DNA of 64,000 nucleotides. Origin: Candidatus Xenobia bacterium. GTDB taxonomy: Bacteria > Acidobacteriota > Terriglobia > Acidiferrales > 2-02-FULL-67-57. Below the pieces are notes generated by a model. It was not told where the DNA came from, did not search any database, and worked only from the letters and a program-made list of their open reading frames with translations. The translations under genes were made by a program, and so were the position numbers. This document shows, in pieces, positions 17,032 through 26,864 of this stretch (positions are counted from its first letter, which is position 1; every line of letters begins with the position of its first letter). The stretch is taken from NCBI GenBank assembly GCA_035573715.1, contig DATLZZ010000010.1, forward strand, positions 215,355-279,354, read 5' to 3'.

Positions 17032-17053
17032 GGTGTACACCTAACAGGTGTAC
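17032..17053. promoter_or_regulatory. candidate operator: perfect palindrome GGTGTACACC plus adjacent half-site AGGTGTAC
   Basis: Located in the 63-bp divergent intergenic region between the Gam-like gene and the cI-like repressor gene. Confidence 0.5.
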
Positions 17054-17061
17054 TTTGTCAA

Positions 17062-17832
17062 ATGGTTTCTGCGCGCGACAGTTGGCCAAGCAAAATCAAG
17101 CAGTTACGGGACTCGCTTGGCCTCTCGCAGGAGCAGTTGGCCCGCCGGCTTGAGGTAACCAAGAAGACGATTGCGGAATGGGAGCAGGCGCGGCAGGTAC
17201 CGAGCGCAGAGCGAGCTCTGCAACTGGCGCGGTTGGCCGCCCCGGGAGAGTTGCGTCGGTGGTTGATTCGGCAGGCGCTCGATCGGATCGGCGCCGATGA
17301 GGGTTTGCTTGAGGATGCCCTGGGCGCGCGACGGCGCGGCCGCCAGGCGCCGCTGCCGGTTGCCGGGTTGCGGGTAATTCCTTCCGCGGATCTGAGCGAC
17401 CGCTTTCGAGCGCTGGAGGGGCTGAGCGACTTTGTCCCGATTCCGTTGCTGCGGGACGCGGCGGCGGCGGGCTCACCGCGGGAAATTTCCGAGGAGGACA
17501 TCGAAGGCTACGCGATGATTCAATACGCGTGGTGCCCGAACCCGGCCGAGTTCACTTGCGTGCGGGTTCGCGGCGCTTCGATGTCGCCGATTCTGCTGGA
17601 TGGGGCGGTGGTGGCGATTGACCACTTGCAGCGCGACCCGCAGGCGCTGCACCAGAAAATGGTTGCCGCCCGCGTGGAGGATGGCGTGACCATCAAGTGG
17701 CTCAACCTCCAGCCCGACGGCTCTCTGCTCCTTGTCCCGGAGAACAAGAACTACCCTGCCATCCCGCTGCCGCGCACGCCCACAAACCCCATCGTGGGCC
17801 TGGTGGCCTGGTGGTGGAACCGACAGCGCTGA
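17062..17832 (+). CDS. phage cI/LexA-type repressor (XRE HTH plus S24 peptidase domain)
   Basis: N-terminal HTH (LRDSLGLSQEQLARRLEVTKKTIAEWE). C-terminal S24 domain with the Ser (GASMSP) and Lys (KWLNLQ) catalytic dyad context. Confidence 0.75.
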   Translation: MVSARDSWPSKIKQLRDSLGLSQEQLARRLEVTKKTIAEWEQARQVPSAERALQLARLAAPGELRRWLIRQALDRIGADEGLLEDALGARRRGRQAPLPVAGLRVIPSADLSDRFRALEGLSDFVPIPLLRDAAAAGSPREISEEDIEGYAMIQYAWCPNPAEFTCVRVRGASMSPILLDGAVVAIDHLQRDPQALHQKMVAARVEDGVTIKWLNLQPDGSLLLVPENKNYPAIPLPRTPTNPIVGLVAWWWNRQR

Positions 17833-17880
17833 CCACCGCATTGCTCCTTTTGCCACTCCATCGTACACTGGTGGTCTGCA

Positions 17881-18666
17881 ATGACCCGCTCGCGCCTTCC
17901 AGCACGTCGCAACGCCAAGCCTCTTCCGCCCGATGAACACCAGCTCCGGATCGCGCGGATCGTGCAGGAAGGCCTGCTACCGCCGCCGCTGACTTCGCTG
18001 CCCGACCTGGAAGTGGCGGCGCGCTTCATGCCGTCCCGCGGCGTGGGCGGCGACTTCTACGACTATTTCCCCATCGGCGCCGGCGGGCTGGGTCTCTATC
18101 TGGGCGACGTGCAAGGCAAGGGACTCGAGGCGGCGATGTACGCCCTGCTGGTGAGCGGGCTGATGCGGGGCCTGAACAAGACCGGCAACAAGCCCGCCAG
18201 CGTGATTGACATGCTCAACCGGCGCCTTTGCTTTCGCAACGTGCCGGGAAAATTCTGCTGTCTTGGGTACGCGGTAATCGACCGCGACGCCCGCCAGCTT
18301 TTCTTCGCCAACGCCGGCCTGCCGTTCCCGCTGTTGCAGCGCGGGGGCTCGTCCGAGCCGGTGCGCCTCACCGGCTCGCCGGTGGGGCTTTTCGACCCGT
18401 GCGAGTTCGACCAGGTCACCACGCCGCTTCTGCCGGGCGACCGCATTCTGTTCTACACCGACGGGCTGGGCGACGTGCTCGACCACGGTCGCGGTGGCGC
18501 CGAAGCCTACCTCTCCCGCTACCTCACCTCCCACCCCGACGCCTCCGCCACTGCGTTGGCGGACGGGCTGATGCGACGCCTCGCGCGCCGCCCCCGTCCT
18601 CTGCTCGACGACGCCACATTCATCGTCGTCCGTATGCTGGACTCTGATGGCGCCCGGCGGCTCTGA
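17881..18666 (+). CDS. PP2C-family (SpoIIE/RsbU-type) serine phosphatase
   Basis: GGDFYDY, GDVQGKG and FYTDGL motifs. Confidence 0.7.
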   Translation: MTRSRLPARRNAKPLPPDEHQLRIARIVQEGLLPPPLTSLPDLEVAARFMPSRGVGGDFYDYFPIGAGGLGLYLGDVQGKGLEAAMYALLVSGLMRGLNKTGNKPASVIDMLNRRLCFRNVPGKFCCLGYAVIDRDARQLFFANAGLPFPLLQRGGSSEPVRLTGSPVGLFDPCEFDQVTTPLLPGDRILFYTDGLGDVLDHGRGGAEAYLSRYLTSHPDASATALADGLMRRLARRPRPLLDDATFIVVRMLDSDGARRL

Positions 18667-18702
18667 GCGACCTCGGCGAGTGGAGAGACAGCAATGTGTG
18701 TC

Positions 18703-19161
18703 CTACTGGCTGGAGCGAGGGCCGGGGATGGCTTTCAGCGGGATGAAGTGATTCAACACCCACATCGGTCCCACCAGCAGGTGGGCGAGGTTTTTGAAAA
18801 AGGCGGGCGAGCGCTTTTCATAGACGCCGTGGCCGATGAACTGGAAGACCCAGCCAAGCGCGAACAGCCCCAGGTTCCACTGCCAGGGCACGTGGCGCGC
18901 GCCTAGATAGAGCAGAACGTAGACCGCGGTGAGGGCGAGGCCGAGTCGCAGGTCGAGCCCCAGATAGACAGGCGCCATCAGCGCAATCAAGAGCAGCGCG
19001 GCTTCGACCGCCCACCCGCGCACTGCGAAGAGCGGCAGGCTGGTGAGGCCGAGAGTTCCAAAGGCAATCAAGGGAATCCCGACCGAGTGGCACCACTGGT
19101 TGCCGGCGGAGCGGTGGTGTTCGGCGTAGTCGGCAAAGAGGACGTCGAGGCGGGCGCGCAT
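18703..19161 (-). CDS. DUF962/Mpo1-like membrane protein
   Basis: Four TM helices and a conserved HxxxxxxxP pattern typical of the YGL010w-like family. Confidence 0.55.
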   Translation of the reverse strand: MRARLDVLFADYAEHHRSAGNQWCHSVGIPLIAFGTLGLTSLPLFAVRGWAVEAALLLIALMAPVYLGLDLRLGLALTAVYVLLYLGARHVPWQWNLGLFALGWVFQFIGHGVYEKRSPAFFKNLAHLLVGPMWVLNHFIPLKAIPGPRSSQ

Positions 19162-19274
19162 CGGCTCACTCGGAACTGCGGCGATAGTAGGCCGGGCGCG
19201 GGCTCAAGTCAACTCGGAAACGTTCGAGGAAGCCGGCTCTGGCGGGCTTGCTTCTCCCGCAGTGCAGGCGTAGG

Positions 19275-19712
19275 ATGGGCAAAATGTCCGCGCAGAACCT
19301 GTTTCGCAACTGGGTGGCCGGTGACTTCCGGCGCGAGGCGAGCGAATTCTGCCTGGTGGCGCAGGAACGCTTCGGCCTGGAGCTCAATTATTCCCCGGAC
19401 TCGCTGTCGGAGCTTGACAACCTGATTGACGCCGAGTTCGGGCCGGGCTCGGCCGACGACAACGCCGCGCTCATCGTCCAGATGGGCAGCTACGTGGGCG
19501 AGGTGGTGCTGCGCGCCTTCGGGGGCGTGTGGCGCGCGGATGAGGAGCTCTTCCACTCGCCGGCCATCATCATTGAAGGCCGGTTGCAGGCGCGTACCTT
19601 CCCGCTCTCGCGAGTCTGGCAGCGCTTCGAGTATGGGGACGAGAAGTCCCTGGTCGCCTACTACGACGAGCTCACCCGCACCGTGGCCCGCGTGCGCCTG
19701 CCGCGGGCGTGA
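19275..19712 (+). CDS. hypothetical protein
   Basis: Coding-like codon bias. No recognisable motifs. Confidence 0.4.
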   Translation: MGKMSAQNLFRNWVAGDFRREASEFCLVAQERFGLELNYSPDSLSELDNLIDAEFGPGSADDNAALIVQMGSYVGEVVLRAFGGVWRADEELFHSPAIIIEGRLQARTFPLSRVWQRFEYGDEKSLVAYYDELTRTVARVRLPRA

Positions 19713-19714
19713 GT

Positions 19715-19762
19715 CTGAGATTTCAAATCTCAAATTTGAAATCTCAAATCGGAGATTGCTCT
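19715..19762. terminator. AT-rich palindromic element between convergent genes (GAGATTTCAAATCTCAAATTTGAAATCTCAAATCGGAGATT)
   Basis: Overlapping hairpins in a local GC trough. Positioned between the convergent 3' ends of 19275-19712 and 19764-20138. Confidence 0.45.
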
Positions 19763-19763
19763 T

Positions 19764-20138
19764 CTACTTTTCGGTCGGGAACCCCGCTTCGCTCCAGGCA
19801 CGCCAGCCGCCCCACATGGACCAGACGTTCTTGTAGCCCATCTTCTTGAGGTTGTCGGCGGCCAGCGCCGAGCGGTAGCCGCCGCCGCAATAGAGCACGA
19901 TGGGCGTCTCGTGGTTGGGGACTCTTTCTTCGATGTCGCGCTCGATAATCCCCTTGCACAGCGACTCGGCCCCCGGCAGGTGCCCGCGGGCGTGCTCTTC
20001 GCCCTCGCGGACGTCAATCAAGCGGAAATTCTCCCCGCCCTCGAGCTTCGCCTTCACCTCTTCGATCGAAAGCTCGGGCACGCGCTGTCGCGCCTCCTCC
20101 ACGATCTTCAGAAACCCCGGGCTGTGCGGCTTTGCCAT
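19764..20138 (-). CDS. rhodanese-like single-domain sulfurtransferase
   Basis: Active-site loop CGGGYRS. Confidence 0.75.
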   Translation of the reverse strand: MAKPHSPGFLKIVEEARQRVPELSIEEVKAKLEGGENFRLIDVREGEEHARGHLPGAESLCKGIIERDIEERVPNHETPIVLYCGGGYRSALAADNLKKMGYKNVWSMWGGWRAWSEAGFPTEK

Positions 20139-20147
20139 CGGCTCCTC

Positions 20148-20990
20148 TCAATAGTCCTGCTTGCCCTGATAGATCATCTCTTTCAGATTGAACCGCGCCT
20201 TCATCTTGTCTTTCCGCCTTCCCTCAAACACGAACTCCGCCCACGCGGTTCCCGGCGGAAGTGTCTCGCGGCCATCCACGGTCCGGGGAAAGAAGAAGCT
20301 GAACCCCTCGCCCGTCCCCACCCCGTGCCGCATGACCTTCTCCGGCTTCAGGCGCAGCTTCGCTGAGGTCGCCAGCTCGGCGCGCTCTTTCAGTTCGGCG
20401 TCGTCAAGCCCGGAAAGAATGTCGGCCACGCGCGGCGCCTCGTCGTAGACCGGCCGGCCCATTTCGTCCCTGATGTCCTGGCTCTTGCGCTCGAAGGCCC
20501 CCACCGTGGTTTCTTCCGGCGGCGTGATGACGCGCACCGTAACCACGTAGTGGTTGGGCGAAAGTTCTGCCGGCGGCGCCATCGTCCCCTTGATGACCGG
20601 CGACAACTCCTCCAGCCGTTTTAGCCCGTCCTGAACCGCCTGGGCCGAGCTCCAGCGGACGCCATACACGGCGCGCAGAAATTCCTGCTCTACCCGCATC
20701 GGCTCCTGGTCAAAGACGCGCGGCGGGTTCTCGGGGCTGGTGCGATACACCGCCACCTGGCCGTTGGCGAAGCGCGCCAGTTGCCGCCCGCTCTGCTGCA
20801 AAATTTCCACCTTCACCGCCCACGGCGATTTGATCAGAAGCTCCTTGGCTTCCTCTTCGCTCCACCCGCCCGCTGGCTTCGACTGCCAGAACTTTTCCGG
20901 CGGCAATGCCACCACGGCGCTCGCCGCCAGCAGAACAAGCAGGCAAGGGAAGGCTCGTCGCTTGAACACCACCAGATTCATCGCACCCAC
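20148..20990 (-). CDS. secreted 'SPWA-motif' protein (paralog B)
   Basis: Signal peptide. W..GGWSEEEAKELLIKSPWA near the N-terminus and FFFPR...DG near the C-terminus. Paralogous to 20978-21700 and 53739-54431. Confidence 0.55.
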   Translation of the reverse strand: MGAMNLVVFKRRAFPCLLVLLAASAVVALPPEKFWQSKPAGGWSEEEAKELLIKSPWAVKVEILQQSGRQLARFANGQVAVYRTSPENPPRVFDQEPMRVEQEFLRAVYGVRWSSAQAVQDGLKRLEELSPVIKGTMAPPAELSPNHYVVTVRVITPPEETTVGAFERKSQDIRDEMGRPVYDEAPRVADILSGLDDAELKERAELATSAKLRLKPEKVMRHGVGTGEGFSFFFPRTVDGRETLPPGTAWAEFVFEGRRKDKMKARFNLKEMIYQGKQDY

Positions 20991-21700
20991 TCGCGCTCGA
21001 CGCGAAATTTCTGCTTCAGCGTCTGGCGCGGAGCCTTGAAAACGAATTCTACCACCTCGCTCGGCCCCCGCAGCAGGGGCTGGCCGTCGCGCTCGCGCGG
21101 AAACAGAAAGTGCACCGCCGCGTTCGCGCCCACGCCGCTGCGCCCCACCTCGACCGGCGGGACTTCGCCGCGACGCGTCTTCAGCCGCGCCCGCTGGATC
21201 AACTCCGCGGGCTCGAGCCCTTCCAGCAGATCCTTGCCCGAGTGCGGGGGTTCGAGGGTCTTTACGGTAATCACGTAGCGGTTCCCGGGCAGCAGCGGCG
21301 GCGGGGATTGGAACTCCGCGCTGGTCTCCAGTCCCAGCTCACGCAGCCGGGCAAAGGCTTCGGCGACCGGCTTGGCCGATTCCCAGCGCACGAGATAGGT
21401 TTCGACGGGAATGTCGTCCGGCCCCAGCGCCCAGTCCTGTCCGCTGGGCGGGGCCGGTGCCTGCGAGGTGGGGCCGCGGTCGCGGCTGCTTCGCGCCGGG
21501 CGCGGCTGCGGGCTGCCGGCGCGCACCGCGTGCCGGCCGCTCATTACGGCTTTCGACTTCGCCCACGGCGAGTCCGTCACAATCTCCAGGGCCTCGTCCG
21601 CCGTCCACGCCGACGCCGCCTTCTCATTCCACACCTCTCCTGCCCACACCGCCCCCGCCGCCACTATGACCATTGTGAGCCCTGCGGGAACTTGCCTCAT
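20978..21700 (-). CDS. secreted 'SPWA-motif' protein (paralog A)
   Basis: AWTADEALEIVTDSPWA and HFLFPRERDGQPLL. Tandem with paralog B and directly downstream of polA. Confidence 0.55.
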   Translation of the reverse strand: MRQVPAGLTMVIVAAGAVWAGEVWNEKAASAWTADEALEIVTDSPWAKSKAVMSGRHAVRAGSPQPRPARSSRDRGPTSQAPAPPSGQDWALGPDDIPVETYLVRWESAKPVAEAFARLRELGLETSAEFQSPPPLLPGNRYVITVKTLEPPHSGKDLLEGLEPAELIQRARLKTRRGEVPPVEVGRSGVGANAAVHFLFPRERDGQPLLRGPSEVVEFVFKAPRQTLKQKFRVEREWVR

Positions 21701-21769
21701 CGCTCTTTTGGATGCCCAAGTGTTTTCAGAAGTAGATTTCCCTTTAGTTCTGTGCCTCTGTGGCTAATC

Positions 21770-24394
21770 CTATTTAGCTTTCGCCCAGTTCTCCCCCACT
21801 CCCATCTCCACTTGCAGTGGCACCTTGAACGGAAACACCCGCCCATCCGGCAGCTCAATCCGCTCCATCCCCTCCTTCACGAGCCCCTTCGCTCGCTCCA
21901 CCTCGTCTTCCGGCGCCTCAAACAGCAAGTCGTCGTGCACCTGCAGAATCATCTTCGTCCGCAACCCCTCATCTCTTAGACGCGCGTGCACCCGAATCAT
22001 CGCCAGCTTGATGATGTCTGCCGCCGTCCCTTGCAGCGGCGAGTTGAGCGCAATTCGTTCGCCGAGGCTGCGCTGCACGGTGTTCTGCGACTGAATCTCC
22101 GGAATCGGCCGCAGCCGGCCGAACAGCGTCCGCGTCTGCCCCGTCCGCCGCGTCTCTTCCAGCAGCCTCTCGCGGAACTTCTTCACTCCCGCGTAGCGCT
22201 TGAAGTAGGCGTCAATGTAACTCTGCGCCTCCTTGGGGTCGATGCCCAGCCGGGTCCCTAGGCCGAACCCCGTCAGCCCATAGATGATGCCGAAGTTGAT
22301 CATCTTGGCGATGCGCCGCTCTTCGCCCGTCTGCGCCAGCGGCGGCACGCCCAGCACTTCCTGTGCTGTGCGTGCGTGGATGTCCTCGTTCCGCCGGAAG
22401 GCGTCGAGCAGCACTGGATCTTCCGATAGATGCGCCAGCACCCGCAATTCAATCTGCGAGTAGTCGGCCGCCAGCAGCGCGCAGCCCGGCTCGGCCACAA
22501 ACGCTTCGCGAATCTTGTTTCCCAGCTCGGTACGAATCGGAATGTTCTGGAGGTTCGGGTCGGAGGACGACAGCCGGCCAGTCGCTGTGCCCGTCTGATT
22601 AAAGCTGGTGTGCAGCCGCCCGGTGCGCGGATGAATCGCCGCTGGCAAGGCGTCAATGTAAGTGGACTTGAGCTTGGACAGTTCGCGGTACTCAAGCACG
22701 CGCGCCGGCAACTCATGGGCGGTTGCCAGTTCTTCCAGCACGTCGGCCGCGGTCGACATCACCTTGCCGCGGCCCCGCTTGCGCGGCATCGGCAGTTGCA
22801 GCTTCTGGAACAGCACTTCGCTCAGTTGCTTGGGCGAGTTCAGGTTGAATTCCGTGCCGGCCAGCTCGTAAATGCGCGCGGTCAGTTTTTCAATCTCCTT
22901 CTCGCAGTAATGGGAAAGTTCTTCCAGCGCCCGCGGGTCGACGCGGACGCCAGCGCGCTCCATAGCGGCCAGAACCGGAACCAGTGGCCGCTCGATGAGT
23001 TCATACACCTGCACCAGTTCCTGCGCCTCGATTTCGCGCCGCAGCGGCGCCGCCAGCCGCGCCACGAAGTCGGCCTTCTCCGCCACGGCGCCCGAGAGCG
23101 GCCGATTCAGTTGCCGCGCCGCCACTTCCTCGAGCCCGTGCTTCGGCGTCGTCGGCATCAGCAGATAGGAGTAAAGCGACGTCTCGTGCTCCACCCCGCG
23201 CAGCGCGATGCCTTCGCGCTCCAACGCGTGTATCGCCGTCTTCGATTCGTGCACGGTCTTTGGCCGCTGTGCGTCTTCAAAGAAGCTGCGCGCTGCCTCC
23301 AGCCATGCCTTTCGGTCGCCAGTCAAGGTCGCCAGCCAACCCTCTCCCGCATGGGCCGAGAACGCCAGTGCGCTCAACTCCAAGTCGAGCGGCGCCGGCC
23401 CGCTGGTTTCAATCCACAGCGCGACCGGTTCGCGCGCCGCCTCCAGCCATGCCCGCAACTCCTCGGGCGTCTTGAACTCCTCGTAGTGCGTTTCAATGGC
23501 GGACCCCGGCGTTGCGGCCAGTTGTTCCTTCAGCAGGGAAGTGAACCCCAACTCGGTGTAGAGCTCGACCAGCTTTTCTCGATCCGGCTCCCGCCGCGCC
23601 AGCCGCTCGAGCTCCAGCGGCACCGGCAGCGCGTCGTGCAGCGTCGCCAGTCGCCTAGACATTCGGATTTGCTCCTGCTGCTGCTCCAAGGCCTCGCGAT
23701 AGCGCTTGTGCTTGACCTCGCGGGCGTGCGCCATCGCCTTTTCGGCCGTCCCGTACTGGGTAATCAGTTCGCGCGCGCCCTTTTCTCCGATGCCCTTCGC
23801 GCCGGGGATGTTATCGATGGCGTCGCCCAGCAGGGCCACCAGTTCCACCACTTTCTGCGGCGGCACGCCGAAGTAGTCCACTACGGCGTCTTCGTCGAAA
23901 AACTTCTCTTTGGTCGGGCTGAAGACGCGAATGGGCGCGCCGTCTCGGGTCTTCACCAATTGCAGCATGTCCTTGTCGGAGGTGACGATGACCGCTTCGA
24001 TGCCCGCCTCGGCGGCTCGTCGCGCCAGCGTGGCGATGACGTCGTCGGCCTCGTAGCGCTCATACTGCAGCATCGGCAGCCGCAGCGCCTCGCACAACCG
24101 GCGGATGTAGGGAATCTGTTGCTTCAGGTCGTCCGGGACGGGCGCCCGCTGCGCCTTGTACTCTTTGAACAGCTCGTCGCGCACCGTAGGTCCCAGCGAC
24201 TCGAACACCACGGCGACGAAGTCGGGCGCGTGCTCCCGCAGCAGCTTGCTGAGCATGTTGTTGAAGAGGAAAACGGCGTTGGTGGGCACGCCTTGCGGGC
24301 TGGAAAACCGCAGTGGCGTCGGCGCGTGGTAGGCGCGGAAGATGTAGCTCATCGCGTCGATCAAGTAGAGACGCTTCCGTGCCCGCTCGCTCAT
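21770..24394 (-). CDS. polA: DNA polymerase I
   Basis: 5'-3' exonuclease N-domain. Klenow-like polymerase motifs (DYSQIELR, KMINFGIIYG, QVHDDLLFE). Confidence 0.95.
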   Translation of the reverse strand: MSERARKRLYLIDAMSYIFRAYHAPTPLRFSSPQGVPTNAVFLFNNMLSKLLREHAPDFVAVVFESLGPTVRDELFKEYKAQRAPVPDDLKQQIPYIRRLCEALRLPMLQYERYEADDVIATLARRAAEAGIEAVIVTSDKDMLQLVKTRDGAPIRVFSPTKEKFFDEDAVVDYFGVPPQKVVELVALLGDAIDNIPGAKGIGEKGARELITQYGTAEKAMAHAREVKHKRYREALEQQQEQIRMSRRLATLHDALPVPLELERLARREPDREKLVELYTELGFTSLLKEQLAATPGSAIETHYEEFKTPEELRAWLEAAREPVALWIETSGPAPLDLELSALAFSAHAGEGWLATLTGDRKAWLEAARSFFEDAQRPKTVHESKTAIHALEREGIALRGVEHETSLYSYLLMPTTPKHGLEEVAARQLNRPLSGAVAEKADFVARLAAPLRREIEAQELVQVYELIERPLVPVLAAMERAGVRVDPRALEELSHYCEKEIEKLTARIYELAGTEFNLNSPKQLSEVLFQKLQLPMPRKRGRGKVMSTAADVLEELATAHELPARVLEYRELSKLKSTYIDALPAAIHPRTGRLHTSFNQTGTATGRLSSSDPNLQNIPIRTELGNKIREAFVAEPGCALLAADYSQIELRVLAHLSEDPVLLDAFRRNEDIHARTAQEVLGVPPLAQTGEERRIAKMINFGIIYGLTGFGLGTRLGIDPKEAQSYIDAYFKRYAGVKKFRERLLEETRRTGQTRTLFGRLRPIPEIQSQNTVQRSLGERIALNSPLQGTAADIIKLAMIRVHARLRDEGLRTKMILQVHDDLLFEAPEDEVERAKGLVKEGMERIELPDGRVFPFKVPLQVEMGVGENWAKAK

Positions 24395-24443
24395 CGCCCG
24401 GCAGTATACCCCAGCGATTCCGTTTGGCGGGTTGGGCGGCCGG

Positions 24444-26762
24444 CTAGAAGTGCCAGCTCAAACGGCCGGAAACGACGCGCCGCGCCGAGAACTGCACCGG
24501 CGTGGTCTCGCTCTCTTTGGCAATCTGGTAAATGTCATTGCCGAGGTTGGTCACATTGAACTCGAAGTCCAGCCGCCGCGCCTCGCGCTGCCACAGCGCC
24601 ACGCCCGTCGAGAAATCCGCGGTGAAGTGCTGCGGCAGACGCTCGAACGTGAGCACCTCCTCGCCATTCACCTCGACATGCTCTTCCTTCGGCGTGCCGC
24701 TGCCGTAGCGCAGAATGAATCCTGCTCGGAGGTTCCGCCACGGCCGGCGATAAAAGATCATCGCCGTCCCGGTGTGGCGCTGGTCGAAGGCTGGGCGGAT
24801 GCGCTCGCCTTCTTGCAGCTCTTCATCCAACAGGCCGCCGGTAATGGGGCCGAAGGAGGTGGCGCGCGCCAGCGCATATTGCAGCCGCGCCTCCAGTCCC
24901 AGCCGCTCCAGATGCCGCAGGCCCACCGTCCGCTCAATCCCCTTTGCGTGCGTGCGGGCGAAGTTGATGGGCACGAACAGTCGCGTGTTGCTGATCTCGC
25001 CGTTCTCGAACCCGTCGTCCCCGCGGCGCGCGTAGGCGTTGACCTCGAAGAAAACCTTCTCGCTCATCTCCTGGTGCCACCCGACTTCGAAGTAATGTTG
25101 CCGGTACGGCTTGGCTGCGCCCACCTAGTCCTCCTCGTCGTGGGGGGCGTTGCCGAGGAAGCTCGCCAGCACCACCCACTCCAGCGGCGGAGGCGTGAAC
25201 AGACGGTCATAGGCGAAGTGAATCACCGAGCGGCTGCGCGGGACGTAGTAGGCCACCCCGACTCGCGGGCTCACCTGCGCGAACGACTCCACCAGGTTCA
25301 ACTGGTCCCAGCGCACTCCTGCGTCCACCGTGAAGTTCCGGAACGGCGAGAAGTGGTCCTGCACGTAGAAGCTGAACTGCCCACCCACGTCCCGTCCGCG
25401 GAAGGAAAACTCAGAGAGGTCGGTCACTGTGTGGAATGGTTGGAGGACCACGTCTGTTGCGAGATGGTGGTCGTCGTGCACGCGCTCATCGAAGGTGAAG
25501 CTCTCGCGCAGACGGAACAGGGCCAGGTTCACACCGGCCTTCACCGTGTGGCCGCCGCGGGCATAGGTCAGGTCGCTCTTGACTCCTGTGGTCAGCGTGC
25601 TGCGCGAACCGTCGCCGTAAGGCGTTGCCGGATCGCTCGTACCTACCAGGCGGTCGGACACCACGCGCTCATACGCGGAAGTCGCCACCAGCCAGCGCGG
25701 CGGGAAGATGTGCTGCCAGCTCAGAATGGCGGTCTGTGCCCGCAGTCGTCGTGTGGCGTCGCGCCCTTCGAGTTCCTCGTCCTCGGTGTTGGGCAATTCG
25801 AAGTTGGTTCCGCCGCCGGTGAGGAACAGTTTGAGCAGGTTCTTCTCTCCCTGATAATCCACCTACGCTGTGCCCTCCACGCCGTAGCCGATGTCATGCA
25901 GCTCGTTTCGAATCGGCGGGTTGAGGTAGCGTCCTGACTCCGACGTGCTGGCAAAACAGTAATAGCCCCAACGCCCGGCAGCGCCGCCGTAGTCGGCGCT
26001 CAAGTCGCGGTTCAGCGCCGTTCCCACTCCCGCGTTCACCGAGCCGTGCCCATCCAGCGAGCGTCCCGATCGCGTCGCAATGTCCATCACTCCGCCGAAG
26101 CGGTTGCCGAACTCCGCCGCAAGCCCTCCAGAGAGGAAGTTGACCGAGTCGAAAATCTGCGGGCTGGCCGCGGGCGAGAAATGCACCTGCGGGTTGTCGA
26201 GAAACGACACCCCGTTGATGAACTGGTGCAACGAGAGCTCGTTGCCGCGGAAGTGAATGAAGTTGTCGTGGCTCAGCGTCGCCCCGGGCGCAATGAGTTC
26301 CGTCAGCGATGCCACGTCCTTCCGCGCCGGCCACGGCAGCTCGTCCAGTTGTTGCCGGGTGAGAAGCCGCGCCGAACCCGTCTGTCCCGGGTCGAGGTCT
26401 GTGTACTCGGCCCGCACTTCCACCTCCTGCTTCTCGCTGAGCCGGGGCGCCAGTTCAACACTCAGCACAACCGCCTGCCGCGGACGCACGGCGAGGTCGT
26501 AGTTCGACACGAAGAAACCGCTCGCCTCCACGTGCAACGTGCAGCTCCCTGGTTCCACCAACGGAAACCGGAAGCTTCCCTGAGCATCGGTTTGAGTCCG
26601 CAGCGGAGTCGCCGCGGTTGACGGACGCAACTCCACTTGCGCCCCCACCACCGGCTTCCCGCCGCGGTCGTGGACTTGCGCATGGCGTTGCAATTTACGC
26701 CATTCGGTTTTGAAAAGCAAGAAGCGTAGGCCGTGTCTTGCAATTGGCACTGACTGTTGCAC
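24444..26762 (-). pseudogene. TonB-dependent receptor interrupted by two in-frame TAG codons; no signal peptide
   Basis: Three consecutive same-frame ORFs: CarboxypepD_reg-like domain plus plug, barrel, and C-terminal ...SWHF. They are separated by TAG at 25863-25865 and 25125-25127. No signal peptide in any upstream frame. Confidence 0.6.
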
Positions 26763-26864
26763 ATATGCAACAGGCTGCTCGCAGCGCCCATCATGTACCT
26801 TATAGATACTGAATATGTTGCTGTTGTTGCTTCGTTTGGACCCAACCTTGCATCATAACCTGAG

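Noticed and set aside
1-17900. Complete prophage
   Set aside because: Only regulatory (cI-like, Gam-like, HTH) and lysis-like genes are present. No integrase, terminase, capsid or tail genes in the window.
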